In this document: positions 43,054 through 52,123 of the stretch, one piece after another
How the letters are laid out: the number at the start of each line of letters is the position of its first letter
Numbering within the stretch: position 1 is the stretch's first letter
Source of the DNA: an uncultured Solibacteraceae bacterium
Lineage (GTDB): Bacteria; Acidobacteriota; Vicinamibacteria; Vicinamibacterales; SCN-69-37
DNA: 52,684 nt
Assembly (NCBI GenBank): GCA_964489685.1
Contig: CAZAZR010000008.1
Location: forward strand, 1-52,684
Direction of reading: 5' to 3'
Program-made: the position numbers and the translations under genes
Notes under the pieces: model-generated
What the model was told of the DNA's origin: nothing
Seen by the model: only the letters and a program-made list of their open reading frames with translations
Database searches by the model: none

Positions 43054-43877
43054 AGCACCCCTCGATGCCGCTCAAGGCGGGCAATCTCAGCCTGAGCCAC
43101 ATGTACCGGCCGCCCGTACCACGGCATGTGAATCGCCAGGACGCGCGCCTTCTCGGCTCCCCGAAGCCCGTGCTTCTCGAGGATGAGCTCCAACGTGCGT
43201 TGCGCCTGATCCCGATCGCGGAGGGTCAGACGTTCACCATCATGGTCGCGATAGTTGTACAGGCTCATCGGCAGCACCGCCACTGTTGCACCGCGCTCCA
43301 ACATCGTCCAGATCAGATCGAAGTCGTCAATGCCCGGATAGTCGCCGAGTGATTCGTCCAGCCCGCCGGCCTCAAGGAGCGCGGCCTTGCGGAACAGGAA
43401 AAAGTGCTTCAGGTAGCGGGCCTGTTCTTCGAGCGTCGTGCGTTTCTGAAACTCCTTGAGGCTCGGCGGCCAGCGGGGTTCCAGGGCCGGAGTGTGGCCG
43501 TCAGCCAGATACACCGTGAGCCCTGTTGACACGATGTCCGCGTGATACGGCACACAAAGCTCAACTGCGCGCGGGTCCAGCCAATCGTCGGAGAGCAGCA
43601 GGCCAACCCTGTCAGCCTTGGCCAAGCGAATGCCGTGGTTGATCGCCGCGGCGAAACCACCCGGCGTCGGCTCCGGTTCCACACGCAGGCCAGGATGCCG
43701 AGCAGCCAGTGAGGCCAGAAGCCTGGTGTTCGACTCGCGCACGCGGCTCGAGCACACCACGATCACCTCGCACGGAGCCGTTTGCGCGAGGCCCGATCGC
43801 ACACTCTGCTCGAGCCAGCTGTCGACCTGGTCGAGCAGCGGCACCACGATTGTTGCGGCAAGACCTTCGGATGACAC
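43050..43877 (-). CDS. Glycosyltransferase family 2
   Basis: IVVP, GFAAAINHG, LLSDD, GGLDE, DDFDL, YNYRDH. Confidence 0.85.
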   Translation of the reverse strand: MSSEGLAATIVVPLLDQVDSWLEQSVRSGLAQTAPCEVIVVCSSRVRESNTRLLASLAARHPGLRVEPEPTPGGFAAAINHGIRLAKADRVGLLLSDDWLDPRAVELCVPYHADIVSTGLTVYLADGHTPALEPRWPPSLKEFQKRTTLEEQARYLKHFFLFRKAALLEAGGLDESLGDYPGIDDFDLIWTMLERGATVAVLPMSLYNYRDHDGERLTLRDRDQAQRTLELILEKHGLRGAEKARVLAIHMPWYGRPVHVAQAEIARLERHRGVL

Positions 43878-43940
43878 TTGGTAGCCGAGCGTAGCGCACC
43901 GGCCGATGCGGCGGCAACCGCACCGGCCGATGCCAACCGG

Positions 43941-45878
43941 TCAGTGCGGGCGCTGGAGCCGTGCGAGACCGCGTGCGGTCTCCACGAGTTCTCCAAAACC
44001 CGCCTTGTCTGTGGCGAGCGCGGGTGACACATTGAGCGCATTCACGCGCCGCACCAACGCGTCCCACCGACCAGCATCAGTCGTTCCCCGGCGCAACATG
44101 AGACCGAACTCCGCCACGGCTGAAGCGAACGGCAGGTGTCGAACCGGGCCACCCGACCGCACCGCCTGCTCGAGAAGGGCGCTCACATCACCATCGGGCT
44201 GCTTGTAGCGCGCCTTCACGGTGAGCCAGTCGCCACTCGTGTCTCTCGGGCGACCCGGTCGCTCGATCGCCGTCGCATCGGGCTGATACTTGAGCGGATC
44301 CACAGTGGGCCTGCCTTCGGACTCGCCCCCGCCCGCCCACTCGACCCCGGCCGGTACCACTTCATACAGGACAGTCACGGTGTGGCCGGCGCCCATTTCT
44401 CCGCCATCCTTGCGGTCGTTGTTGAAGTCCTTGTCGGCGAGCAACCGATTCTCGTAGCCGATGAGCTTCCAGGCCGCGACCGCCGCCGGATTAAACTCCA
44501 CCTGGAACTTCACGTCCTTCGCCACGGTCTCGAGCGTGGCGTCGGTTTCATACAGCAACACGCGACGTGCCTCCTGAAGCGAATCCAGGTACACGTAGTG
44601 ACCGTTGCCCTTGTTCGCCATCTGCTCCAGGGCGGAGTCATTCAGGTTGCCCTGGCCGACGCCCAAGATAGACAGGAACACGCCCGACTCGCGCTCGCGC
44701 TCGATGAGCCGCACCAGGTCACGCTCGCTGGTCACACCCACGTTGAAGTCACCATCGGTGGCCAGCATCACGCGGTTGACGCCACCCGGAATGAACGCTT
44801 CGCGCGCCAAGCGGTAGGCCGTGACGATGCCCTGCGCGCCGTTGGTCGATCCGCCCGCGGTCAGGTTCGCAATCGCACGCTGGATGACGTCGCGCCGCCG
44901 AACCGGCGTGGGCGCGAGCGCCACACCGCTCGAGCCCGCGTAGGTGACGATGGCCATGCGGTCGTCAGGGTTGAGCGTGTCCACAAACAGGCCAAGGGCG
45001 GTCTTGATGAGAGGCAGACGGTCGGCCGGCGCCATCGATCCCGACACATCGAGCAGCAGCACAATGCTGCGGCCTTCGCGTGTCTGCGGCGCAGCGGCCC
45101 GGGCACGGGCGCCGATGAGCACGAGCCTGTGTGAAGGCGCCCACGGGCAGGCGGCCACCTCGGTGGTCAACGCCATCGGCCGGCCATCACGGGGCTGCGC
45201 GTAGTCGGGATGAAAGTAGTTGAGCAACTCCTCAACACGAACCGCATCGGACGGGGGCAGTTGGCCCGACGACAGGAACCGGCGCACGTTGGCGTATGAC
45301 GCGGTATCCACGTCAGCGCCAAACGTCGAGAGCGGCTGGTTCCGGGTGTCCTGGAATCGATTGGGATCGATCGGCGCGTAGCGCTCGCGGTCTTCGAAGT
45401 AGGGTTGCCCGCCGCCGGCGCGCCCACCGGCCATGGCGCCCGAGATCACCCTCGCCGACGCCGCGGCGGTCGTCGCGATTGGAGGCGGGGCGTTCGGCGA
45501 CGCCATGTCGGCGGGCTGCGAGGCCTTGCCGACTTCCACCGCCGGCGCCATCACGAGCGGTAACTTGATCGCTGCGGCGCCTGCCTGCACGCGAAAGTCG
45601 CGGATCAGCGTTGGCGCACTGCGATGGGTCGCCCGCACGCGATAGTCGCCGGGCGCAACGTTGCGGAAGGTGAATCGCCCTTCCGCATCGGACGTCGTGC
45701 GGCTCACCACGACGGCCTGGCGTTCGAGCGTGATGGACGCACCGGCCAGGGGCGACAGCGCCCCGTCAACAACAGTGCCGGTGATCAGTGTCCCGGACTG
45801 CTGGGCGCCTGGCGCGGCCACACCGAACAGGATTGCGAATACACACACAGGAAGAACGAACAGTCGTCGAATCATCAC
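43941..45878 (-). CDS. YfbK-like vWA protein with carboxypeptidase-regulatory-like N-terminus
   Basis: STFGADVDTASY, MIDAS DVSGSM, TDGDFNVG, IGYENR, FASAVAEFG. Confidence 0.92.
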   Translation of the reverse strand: MMIRRLFVLPVCVFAILFGVAAPGAQQSGTLITGTVVDGALSPLAGASITLERQAVVVSRTTSDAEGRFTFRNVAPGDYRVRATHRSAPTLIRDFRVQAGAAAIKLPLVMAPAVEVGKASQPADMASPNAPPPIATTAAASARVISGAMAGGRAGGGQPYFEDRERYAPIDPNRFQDTRNQPLSTFGADVDTASYANVRRFLSSGQLPPSDAVRVEELLNYFHPDYAQPRDGRPMALTTEVAACPWAPSHRLVLIGARARAAAPQTREGRSIVLLLDVSGSMAPADRLPLIKTALGLFVDTLNPDDRMAIVTYAGSSGVALAPTPVRRRDVIQRAIANLTAGGSTNGAQGIVTAYRLAREAFIPGGVNRVMLATDGDFNVGVTSERDLVRLIERERESGVFLSILGVGQGNLNDSALEQMANKGNGHYVYLDSLQEARRVLLYETDATLETVAKDVKFQVEFNPAAVAAWKLIGYENRLLADKDFNNDRKDGGEMGAGHTVTVLYEVVPAGVEWAGGGESEGRPTVDPLKYQPDATAIERPGRPRDTSGDWLTVKARYKQPDGDVSALLEQAVRSGGPVRHLPFASAVAEFGLMLRRGTTDAGRWDALVRRVNALNVSPALATDKAGFGELVETARGLARLQRPH

Positions 45879-45892
45879 TCACCTCGTTCTTA

Positions 45893-45919
45893 GAACGTGG
45901 CGGGCGAAAAACCTTGCAA
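45893..45919 (-). promoter_or_regulatory. Putative ECF promoter TTGCAAG-N15-CGTTC (vWA gene)
   Basis: Identical motif and spacing at 47009-47035. Confidence 0.7.
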
Positions 45920-45922
45920 GGG

Positions 45923-46990
45923 CTATCGGGCGACCCAGGTCACGCCGGCGTCGGAGGTCGAAAACGTCCGGCCATCCTGGGTGGTGACGAGGGCGTGAAG
46001 GGCATCGATGGCCTGGACGGACCTCAGGTGGCCCGAGTCTGGAAACGGCACCCGGGCGAAAGTGAGTCCGTCACGTGTGACGAACACGGCGCCGTCTCGC
46101 CCCACCAGCCAGCAGACGGTTTGCGTCGCCGCCGAACCCGCTGTCAGTGTGAACGACGACGTCGCCGGAAGAATGGCGCCCCACCAAGTGGCCCCGCCAT
46201 CGACTGAGCGCTGCACACTGGTGCCGCCAAGGATTCGCCATCGCGTGGGAACCATCACTCCCCCTCCGCGGCCCCCGGCCACACCTCCGCGAGGGGCCAA
46301 TGCGCCGGCGTTGGCACGCGGGTCCGGCGCCACGATCTCGATCGCGGCCAGTTCTGCCTTGGTACGTTCAGCCATCACGTCGGCGACGACAGCCGTCTGT
46401 CTTGCGGCGGAGATTGACGTTGTCCGGGCCATTCCGGCCCCAGGAGGAGAGGCCGCTGTGACGTGCACAGGCGGCGGAGGGGCGGCCTGGGCCACTGGGG
46501 GAGGGGCCGGAGGTAACACGACCGGCGGGGCCTGTGCCGCCGGGGCAGGCGCCGCAGTCACAGACGGAGGCAATGGCGACGGCCGCGATGCAGGCGCGGA
46601 TCGACGCGGCGGGACCGGCGCATCTGTCGGCGCTGCCGCAGGAGGGGTCGCTACAGGCGCCGGAGTCGGGGCTGCCAACTCTCGTGAGGCGACGATGGAG
46701 TCCGCCTCCGTGACGGTCGGCGGACGGGTCGTCCAGACCACGAGCGCCAGTGACGCGGCGACCGCGAGTCCGGCCGCTCCCAAACGTACGGCAGGGCGCG
46801 ACCAGAAGGGAATCACCACCGCCGGTGACGGCTGGCTCCGCACAAGCGCTGCCAGCACCTCCTGGCAACGCTCGCAGTTGGACAAATGCCGTTCCACCCG
46901 TTCGGCGTCTGCGGCCGGCAAGCCGCGGTCCGCCCACGCCGCCAGTGTTTCGGCGTCGAGGCAGTGCTCGCGTGTGGCGTCAGTGGTCAC
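45923..46990 (-). CDS. zf-HC2 anti-sigma factor with Pro-rich linker and BNR/Ycf48-like C-terminus
   Basis: HLSNCERC, single TM, SVDGGATW and TSDAGVTW; GTG at 46990 after GAGAGGG. Confidence 0.88.
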   Translation of the reverse strand: MTTDATREHCLDAETLAAWADRGLPAADAERVERHLSNCERCQEVLAALVRSQPSPAVVIPFWSRPAVRLGAAGLAVAASLALVVWTTRPPTVTEADSIVASRELAAPTPAPVATPPAAAPTDAPVPPRRSAPASRPSPLPPSVTAAPAPAAQAPPVVLPPAPPPVAQAAPPPPVHVTAASPPGAGMARTTSISAARQTAVVADVMAERTKAELAAIEIVAPDPRANAGALAPRGGVAGGRGGGVMVPTRWRILGGTSVQRSVDGGATWWGAILPATSSFTLTAGSAATQTVCWLVGRDGAVFVTRDGLTFARVPFPDSGHLRSVQAIDALHALVTTQDGRTFSTSDAGVTWVAR

Positions 46991-47738
46991 TGGGATCCCT
47001 CTCATTCTGAACGATCCTGCCGGAGGTTCTTGCAACCATCGCTCCCAGGTCCATGTCTCCTGCATCGTCCATCACTGTGCGAAGACAGTCGATCAAGGCG
47101 GGCGCGGCGAAGCCATACGTGTCACGCATCGCCGCTTCAACTGCGGTCCGCAGCTCACGCCGAATGCGCGTCAGGTGCCTGGACGCGGTCGCCTCGTGTT
47201 CACCGAACATCCTGCCAATGGCCGACAGGGTCAGCTCCTGGACGTAGTAACAGCCCAGGCGCAGTCGGTCGCGTGGCTCGAGGCGGCTGATGGCATCCGA
47301 CAGCGCTGACCTGACGGCAGATCGACAACCGGATTCATCCAGATCCGGCGCGCCAGGTGGCGTCAGCCGGATCGCCCTCCCTTGCGGCGGGGCATCGTCA
47401 TCAGGCAGCGGCACAAGGCGACGATTGGCGCGAATGCGATCGACATGGCGCTGCGCCAGTACGGCGCGAAGCCAGGTGGCCAGACTGCTACGGCCCTGGA
47501 AGTACTTGAAGAGCGATTGGCGCTGGCCGTCACGCTCGCGCATGCCGAACAGGTCGGCGAACATCGCGTCGGCCAAATCGCGTGCGCCGCCGGTCGGGTC
47601 GATGGCGTCGGCCGCTCGGTACAAGCCCGGCCGGAACTCGCGCACGAACCGCTCCCACGCGGTTTCGTCACCAGCCGCACACGCAGCGGCAAGTGCGACA
47701 TCGGCCTGATGGTCGGCTTCAAACGGACCGGAACTCAC
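46980..47738 (-). CDS. ECF-type RNA polymerase sigma factor
   Basis: GDETAWERFV, GRSSLATWL, region 4 LTLSAIGRMFGEHEATASR; start estimated. Confidence 0.88.
   Translation of the reverse strand: MSSGPFEADHQADVALAAACAAGDETAWERFVREFRPGLYRAADAIDPTGGARDLADAMFADLFGMRERDGQRQSLFKYFQGRSSLATWLRAVLAQRHVDRIRANRRLVPLPDDDAPPQGRAIRLTPPGAPDLDESGCRSAVRSALSDAISRLEPRDRLRLGCYYVQELTLSAIGRMFGEHEATASRHLTRIRRELRTAVEAAMRDTYGFAAPALIDCLRTVMDDAGDMDLGAMVARTSGRIVQNERDPSDH
47009..47035 (-). promoter_or_regulatory. Putative ECF promoter TTGCAAG-N15-CGTTC inside the sigma 3' end (anti-sigma gene)
   Basis: Matches 45893-45919; ends 18 bp before the anti-sigma start. Confidence 0.7.
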
Positions 47739-47964
47739 GTGCGCATTGTGACGCAGACCCGTCTCATCTCGATCAGCTGCGCAAGACAATGGCGCGCCCT
47801 GGTCTGCGGGCGGCACGCCCGATCAGTTCGAGAACGAGGCGCACGGCCTGGACGTCGATCTCGTCGTCGGCCAACGACGCCTGGGCAGTTCGAAGCGCTG
47901 GTCGCTTTCGGTGCAGGGCAGCGCGGTCGGCGTGCTTGCGACCCAGAGCGCCTACAATCAGTGC

Positions 47965-48852
47965 ATGTTGTGGCGTGCCGCGTTGGGACTGCTGGTGGCC
48001 CTGGGCCTGGCAACCGGGACGGCGACGTCGCCGACGCTCACGGTGACGCACACGGCCCGCTCGCTGCAACCCGGCGAACTCGTCCTGCTGACCATCGTCT
48101 CCGACGTGGCGCTGTCGACACTCGAAGTTCGGGCCTTTGATCGCACTGAACGCGTGCAGGCGCTGCCGCCAACGCCCACCAGACCGCACGCGTGGATCTC
48201 GGTGATCGGCATCGATCTGGACGTGCGGGCAGGCGCCCACATCGTGTCGGTGTCGGTCGGACGCGGCGCCGACACCACCATGACCCAGCACACACTTCCA
48301 GTGACCGCCAGGACGTTCGCCACGCGACGGCTTACGGTGGACCCGGACTTCGTGAATCCCCCGGCGAGCGAAGCGGCCCGCATCAAGAGGGAGACCGCTG
48401 CCATCGCGGCTGCGTGGCAAAATGCCGTCAGGCCAGACCCTGTGCCCTTCCTTTCTTTTGTCGCTCCCGTGCCGCACAAAGCCAACTCGGCGTTTGGCAA
48501 GCGCAGCGTCTTCAACGGCGAAGTGCGCAATGCCCACAGCGGCGCTGACTTTCTGAGTCCGGCAGGCACCGCCATCAAATCACCTGCGCCTGGCAAGGTC
48601 GTGCTCGCGGAGGAGCTCTACTTCTCAGGCGGCACGGTCGTGGTCGATCACGGCCTGGGGATCGTGTCACTGTTTGCGCACATGTCGAAGATCGTCGCCA
48701 CACCGGGTGCTGATGTGACGCAGGGCGAGGTGTTGGGTCTGGTGGGGTCAACCGGCCGCGTCACTGGACCGCATCTTCACTGGACGGTTCGGGTGAACGG
48801 CGCGCGGGTGGACCCGTTGTCGCTCCTGGCGCTCATGAGGCCAAAGCCATGA
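47965..48852 (+). CDS. M23-family metallopeptidase
   Basis: HSGADF, DHG, HMS, TGPHLHW; signal peptide. Confidence 0.92.
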   Translation: MLWRAALGLLVALGLATGTATSPTLTVTHTARSLQPGELVLLTIVSDVALSTLEVRAFDRTERVQALPPTPTRPHAWISVIGIDLDVRAGAHIVSVSVGRGADTTMTQHTLPVTARTFATRRLTVDPDFVNPPASEAARIKRETAAIAAAWQNAVRPDPVPFLSFVAPVPHKANSAFGKRSVFNGEVRNAHSGADFLSPAGTAIKSPAPGKVVLAEELYFSGGTVVVDHGLGIVSLFAHMSKIVATPGADVTQGEVLGLVGSTGRVTGPHLHWTVRVNGARVDPLSLLALMRPKP

Positions 48853-48870
48853 CTGGAGCAGTCGCGCGGC

Positions 48871-49245
48871 CTAATACGGAATCCGGACGCCGGAATCATC
48901 CAGGGGAAAGTCCTTCGTGTTGCGCGTGACCAGCAGAGCCGACTCCATCTGAGCCGTGGCCCAGATGATCGCGTCGGGCAGCCGCACGCGTGTACGCCGG
49001 CGAATCTCGACCGCACGCCTCGCCACCTGCCTCGTAATCTCAATCACGCGAAACTCCCGCAGGAAGAGATCGATGACGTCTGCCTCGTCTTCCGTTCGTG
49101 ATCCGATCTGGAGTTCCATCCAGGTGACGATGCTGATGCCGCGACGGGCGTAGCGGGCAAATTCCTGCTGGGCTTCCTCGCGCCCCACCAGATAGTCGAT
49201 CAGGATGTTTGTGTCGAAGACCGCTTCGACGTGTGGACGCGCCAT
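48871..49245 (-). CDS. vapC: VapC PIN-domain toxin
   Basis: FDTNILIDYL, MEL, PDAIIWATA, VTRNTKDF. Confidence 0.92.
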   Translation of the reverse strand: MARPHVEAVFDTNILIDYLVGREEAQQEFARYARRGISIVTWMELQIGSRTEDEADVIDLFLREFRVIEITRQVARRAVEIRRRTRVRLPDAIIWATAQMESALLVTRNTKDFPLDDSGVRIPY

Positions 49246-49247
49246 GC

Positions 49248-49466
49248 CTACGCCCACTCGTTCCGGAGACGTTCCTGCTGGGCCAACGCATCCGCAGCCC
49301 GATCGCGCCAGAGGCCGAACGCCCCGGGGACCTCACCCTGCCGCTGCTCTGCCAGCATCGCCGCTACCGCTCGACGAATGGCCTCGGCCCTGGAGATGCT
49401 CTGGCGTCGGCAATGAGCATCGAGGTCAGTCAATTGATCCTGCGGAAGCTCGATTATCGTGCGCAT
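49248..49466 (-). CDS. vapB: RHH (CopG-like) antitoxin
   Basis: MRTIIEL...ISRAEAIRRAV...AFGLW...LRNEW. Confidence 0.88.
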   Translation of the reverse strand: MRTIIELPQDQLTDLDAHCRRQSISRAEAIRRAVAAMLAEQRQGEVPGAFGLWRDRAADALAQQERLRNEWA

Positions 49467-49499
49467 GATGACGTCATCATAACACATCATCATCATCAT
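49465..49499 (-). promoter_or_regulatory. vapBC promoter/operator
   Basis: Perfect 16-bp palindrome ATGATGACGTCATCAT, extended -10 TGtTATGAT on the minus strand, and a (CAT)5 run. Confidence 0.7.
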
Positions 49500-49523
49500 T
49501 CTTCAAGGCATCCGGGGGCCTTA

Positions 49524-49680
49524 GGGCCTGTCAGGAAACAGGTGACGCATTTGGACCGCCGATCCATCCCGCCTGGCTTTGTTGCTCCTCCCTCAAATAC
49601 GCTGGGTATTCTCGGTCGTCGCGCCTCGGCATGCGGGCGCCTCGACGCTCCAAATGCGTCACTTCTTTCCTGACAGGCCC
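49524..49680. mobile_element. 157-bp MITE with about 32-bp TIRs and TTA target duplication
   Basis: GGGCCTGTCAGGAAACAGGTGACGCATTTGGA ... TCCAAATGCGTCACTTCTTTCCTGACAGGCCC, flanked by TTA at 49521-49523 and 49681-49683. Confidence 0.85.
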
Positions 49681-50115
49681 TTAGATCGGTGTTTCGACCA
49701 GGGCTTTCAATCGCGCAAGATCCGCCTGAAGGCCCGACTGGAGCGGCCCCGTCACCATCGACTCCGGGATGAACGGCATGTCCTTGAGCTCGCCCGTGTT
49801 CTGGACCTGGACCCGAGATCCCGTACCCGATCGCTGGATGCCGATGCGGGCGGTGCCCACAAACGGGCCGTCCACAATCCTGAACGCCAGCACGTGTGGA
49901 AAATGCACGGTCTCCACTTCGGTGGTCCACACCAGCGCCTGCCCCATGAAACGGCCGTGGTGCCGCACCCGCGCACCAGGCGCCAGCGCGGGATCGATCA
50001 CCTCCACCCGCTCCACCGCACTCATCCATTCCGCATACCGCTGGGGGTCGAACATCACGCCCGCGATCGTGGCAGGGGACGCGGCAATATCAATCTCGGC
50101 ACGAACATCAATCAT
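49681..50115 (-). CDS. SRPBCC/polyketide cyclase family protein
   Basis: IDIAASPA...DPQRYAEW...DLARLKALVE. Confidence 0.85.
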   Translation of the reverse strand: MIDVRAEIDIAASPATIAGVMFDPQRYAEWMSAVERVEVIDPALAPGARVRHHGRFMGQALVWTTEVETVHFPHVLAFRIVDGPFVGTARIGIQRSGTGSRVQVQNTGELKDMPFIPESMVTGPLQSGLQADLARLKALVETPI

Positions 50116-50164
50116 GGTGTCAGTACCTATATCACCGGTGGGCATCCGCGCGCGCTTCCGCCTC

Positions 50165-50236
50165 TTAAGGACCGTGTGCCGTCCCAGCAGGCACAACAGC
50201 AGTTCGCGAGTTTGCCGCGCTGACGTGTCTTGCCAT
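50165..50236 (-). CDS. Putative 23-aa small protein
   Basis: AAAGGAGG RBS (50242-50249) just before the ATG; MARHVSAANSRTAVVPAGTAHGP*. Confidence 0.35.
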   Translation of the reverse strand: MARHVSAANSRTAVVPAGTAHGP

Positions 50237-50393
50237 TCTGTCCTCCTTTGGTCTGCCACAGTGGTAGCAGACTTCGTGAGGCAACGCACTCCCTCGGTCA
50301 CAGAAAGGGCGAGTCAATGCGACCGGCGAAAGTAGTTGACGTTGCGCAGCAGGGAAGTCGCGAAGACTTCTCCCCTATAATCAGCCCTCCAGA

Positions 50394-50456
50394 ATGAGTC
50401 TTCCCTCCGGCACCCGCCTCGGCCCGTACGAAGTGGCCTCCGCCATCGGCGCCGGC
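50394..50456 (+). pseudogene. 5' stub of Ser/Thr protein kinase gene
   Basis: MSLPSGTRLGPYEVASAIGAG breaks off inside the Gly-rich loop; TATAAT at 50376. Confidence 0.8.
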
Positions 50457-50502
50457 GTACCCGATGCGCGAAGGCGGCACGTGATGCGTGCGATAATTGC
50501 GT

Positions 50503-50721
50503 GTGGACGCCGCACAGACTCGCCGAAGCCGTATGCAGGTGCGCGTGTATCCATCGTTGGCCGCACAGGATCGAGACGATGCCGCGTATTGGGCGGCACT
50601 GCCGGTGGACGTTCGGGTCTTGCAGGTGTGGATACTCAGCGAGGCGCAATGGCGCCTCAGTGGCGAGTGGCCCGGTGAATCAGGACTTCCTCGATCTGTT
50701 GCGAGCGTTCGCCGACCATAA
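50503..50721 (+). CDS. Small putative antitoxin partner of nucleotidyltransferase
   Basis: DAAYWAALPVDVRVLQVW motif; extended -10 TGcGATAAT 5 nt before the GTG; overlaps the next gene. Confidence 0.7.
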   Translation: MDAAQTRRSRMQVRVYPSLAAQDRDDAAYWAALPVDVRVLQVWILSEAQWRLSGEWPGESGLPRSVASVRRP

Positions 50722-51121
50722 CGTCCGATATCTGATCGTCGGCGCGTATGCGCTCGGCGTTCACGGGGCGCCGCGCGCCACTGGCGATCTGGATGTGTGG
50801 GTCGACCCGACGCCAGACAACGCGTCCCGTGTGATGAGCGCGCTGGCTCAGTTCGGCGCCCCTCTCACCGAGGTCACTGCGGACGATTTCAGCCGCCCGG
50901 GCATTGTCTTTCAAATGGGACTGCCGCCGTTCCGTGTTGATGTCCTCACCGAACTCTCGGGCCTGACATTTGCGGAGACGTGGCCGAGTCGCACGCAGGC
51001 GCCATTCGGTCCATTGGTCGTGGAGGTCATTGGTCGAGAATCGTTCATTCTGAACAAGCGGGCGACAGGGCGCGCGAAAGACCTCGGCGACATTGAGCGT
51101 CTCGGCGATTCGTCGAAATGA
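50675..51121 (+). CDS. Nucleotidyltransferase-fold protein (DUF6036-like), putative toxin
   Basis: YLIVGAYAL...PRATGDLDVWV, NKRATGRAKDLGD. Confidence 0.85.
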   Translation: MNQDFLDLLRAFADHNVRYLIVGAYALGVHGAPRATGDLDVWVDPTPDNASRVMSALAQFGAPLTEVTADDFSRPGIVFQMGLPPFRVDVLTELSGLTFAETWPSRTQAPFGPLVVEVIGRESFILNKRATGRAKDLGDIERLGDSSK

Positions 51122-51605
51122 GTCTCACCCCAGGCACCCGCCTCGGCCCGTATGAAGTGGTCTCACGCCGTAGCCCAAGGCGAGGATCTGGCGATGACTA
51201 AAAAACGATAGGGCCGTATCAGACAGAGATAAGGCCGAAGACCGGACGGGACGTGATGATCCTGCCCGTGGAGGGCGACGCCAGCCTGGGATGGAAGGCC
51301 GGCACGCCCATCGTCTTCACGGGGACGGCCGCCAACGAGAGGGACACCGCGGTGGTCAGTGACCCCGCTCGAACTCCTGCCGTACACCGCGGGCGACACG
51401 TTCGTGCCGCGCTCGCCGCAGTTCTGGGCGCCGCAAGACGGAGTGGCGCGGCTGGGCTTCGACATCCATCCCGACGGCAAGCGGGTGGTCTTTGGACGCG
51501 GACGATGCTGTGGCCCTTCAGGCGGCGCTCTCCGCGCGAGACAAGGTCGTGTTCTGGTCGGGGTTCTTCGACTACCTGCGGAAGAATGTCGTGACGAAGC
51601 GATGA
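51118..51605 (+). pseudogene. Skeletonised Ser/Thr kinase-TolB-like gene (start plus scattered C-terminal fragments)
   Basis: MSLTPGTRLGPYEVVS, then DVMILPVEGD..GTPIVF, FDIHPDGKR and DKVVFWSGFFDYLRKNVVTKR*. Confidence 0.8.
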
Positions 51606-51633
51606 GCCCTCAGGCGAGGCACCCGCCTCGGTC
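51602..51633 (+). pseudogene. 5' stub of Ser/Thr kinase gene (frameshifted)
   Basis: ATGAGC...GGCACCCGCCTCGG overlapping the previous stop by ATGA. Confidence 0.65.
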
Positions 51634-51662
51634 TTCACGAAAACACGTGCCACACTGATTTT

Positions 51663-51908
51663 GTGGCCGAGACACAGAACATTACACTGGCGCTGCCCAA
51701 GGCGCTGCTCCGCGAAGTGAAGCGCCTCGCGGCCGACAGCGACACGTCTGTCTCGGCCCTGATGGCGCAGGCGCTGGATCAACTCGCGTCGGCAGAACGC
51801 CGCTACACGTCGGCTCGTCGGGGCGCGCTCGTGGCATTGGCCGCGGGAAGGTCGCTCGGCACACAGGGCCGCCGGTCCTGGACGCGCGACAGCCTGCATG
51901 AGCGCTGA
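51663..51908 (+). CDS. RHH-type antitoxin
   Basis: QNITLALP...SVSALMAQAL...WTRDSLHER. Confidence 0.85.
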   Translation: MAETQNITLALPKALLREVKRLAADSDTSVSALMAQALDQLASAERRYTSARRGALVALAAGRSLGTQGRRSWTRDSLHER

Positions 51909-52123
51909 CCCGGAACTCGCGTTTGTCGACGCCAACATCCTCGTGTACGCATTCGATGCCTCGGCTGGCGATCGACATGCGCGCGCACAGCGCCTGATCG
52001 AAGGGCTGTGGAACGACGGGAGTGGCTGCCTGAGCGTCCAGGTCCTTCAGGAGTTCTTTGTCACCGTCACGAAGAAGGTCCCGAAACCGCTGACGATCGC
52101 GGAGGCCGAGACGTCTGTTCGAT
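51898..52123 (+). pseudogene. Truncated PIN-domain toxin
   Basis: FVDANILVYAFD, SVQVLQEFF; breaks after about 75 aa and lacks the C-terminal acidic motifs. Confidence 0.8.

Noticed and set aside
43895-43933. 15-bp direct repeat CGCACCGGCCGATGC
   Set aside because: Only two copies with a 24-bp period; a local duplication, not CRISPR.
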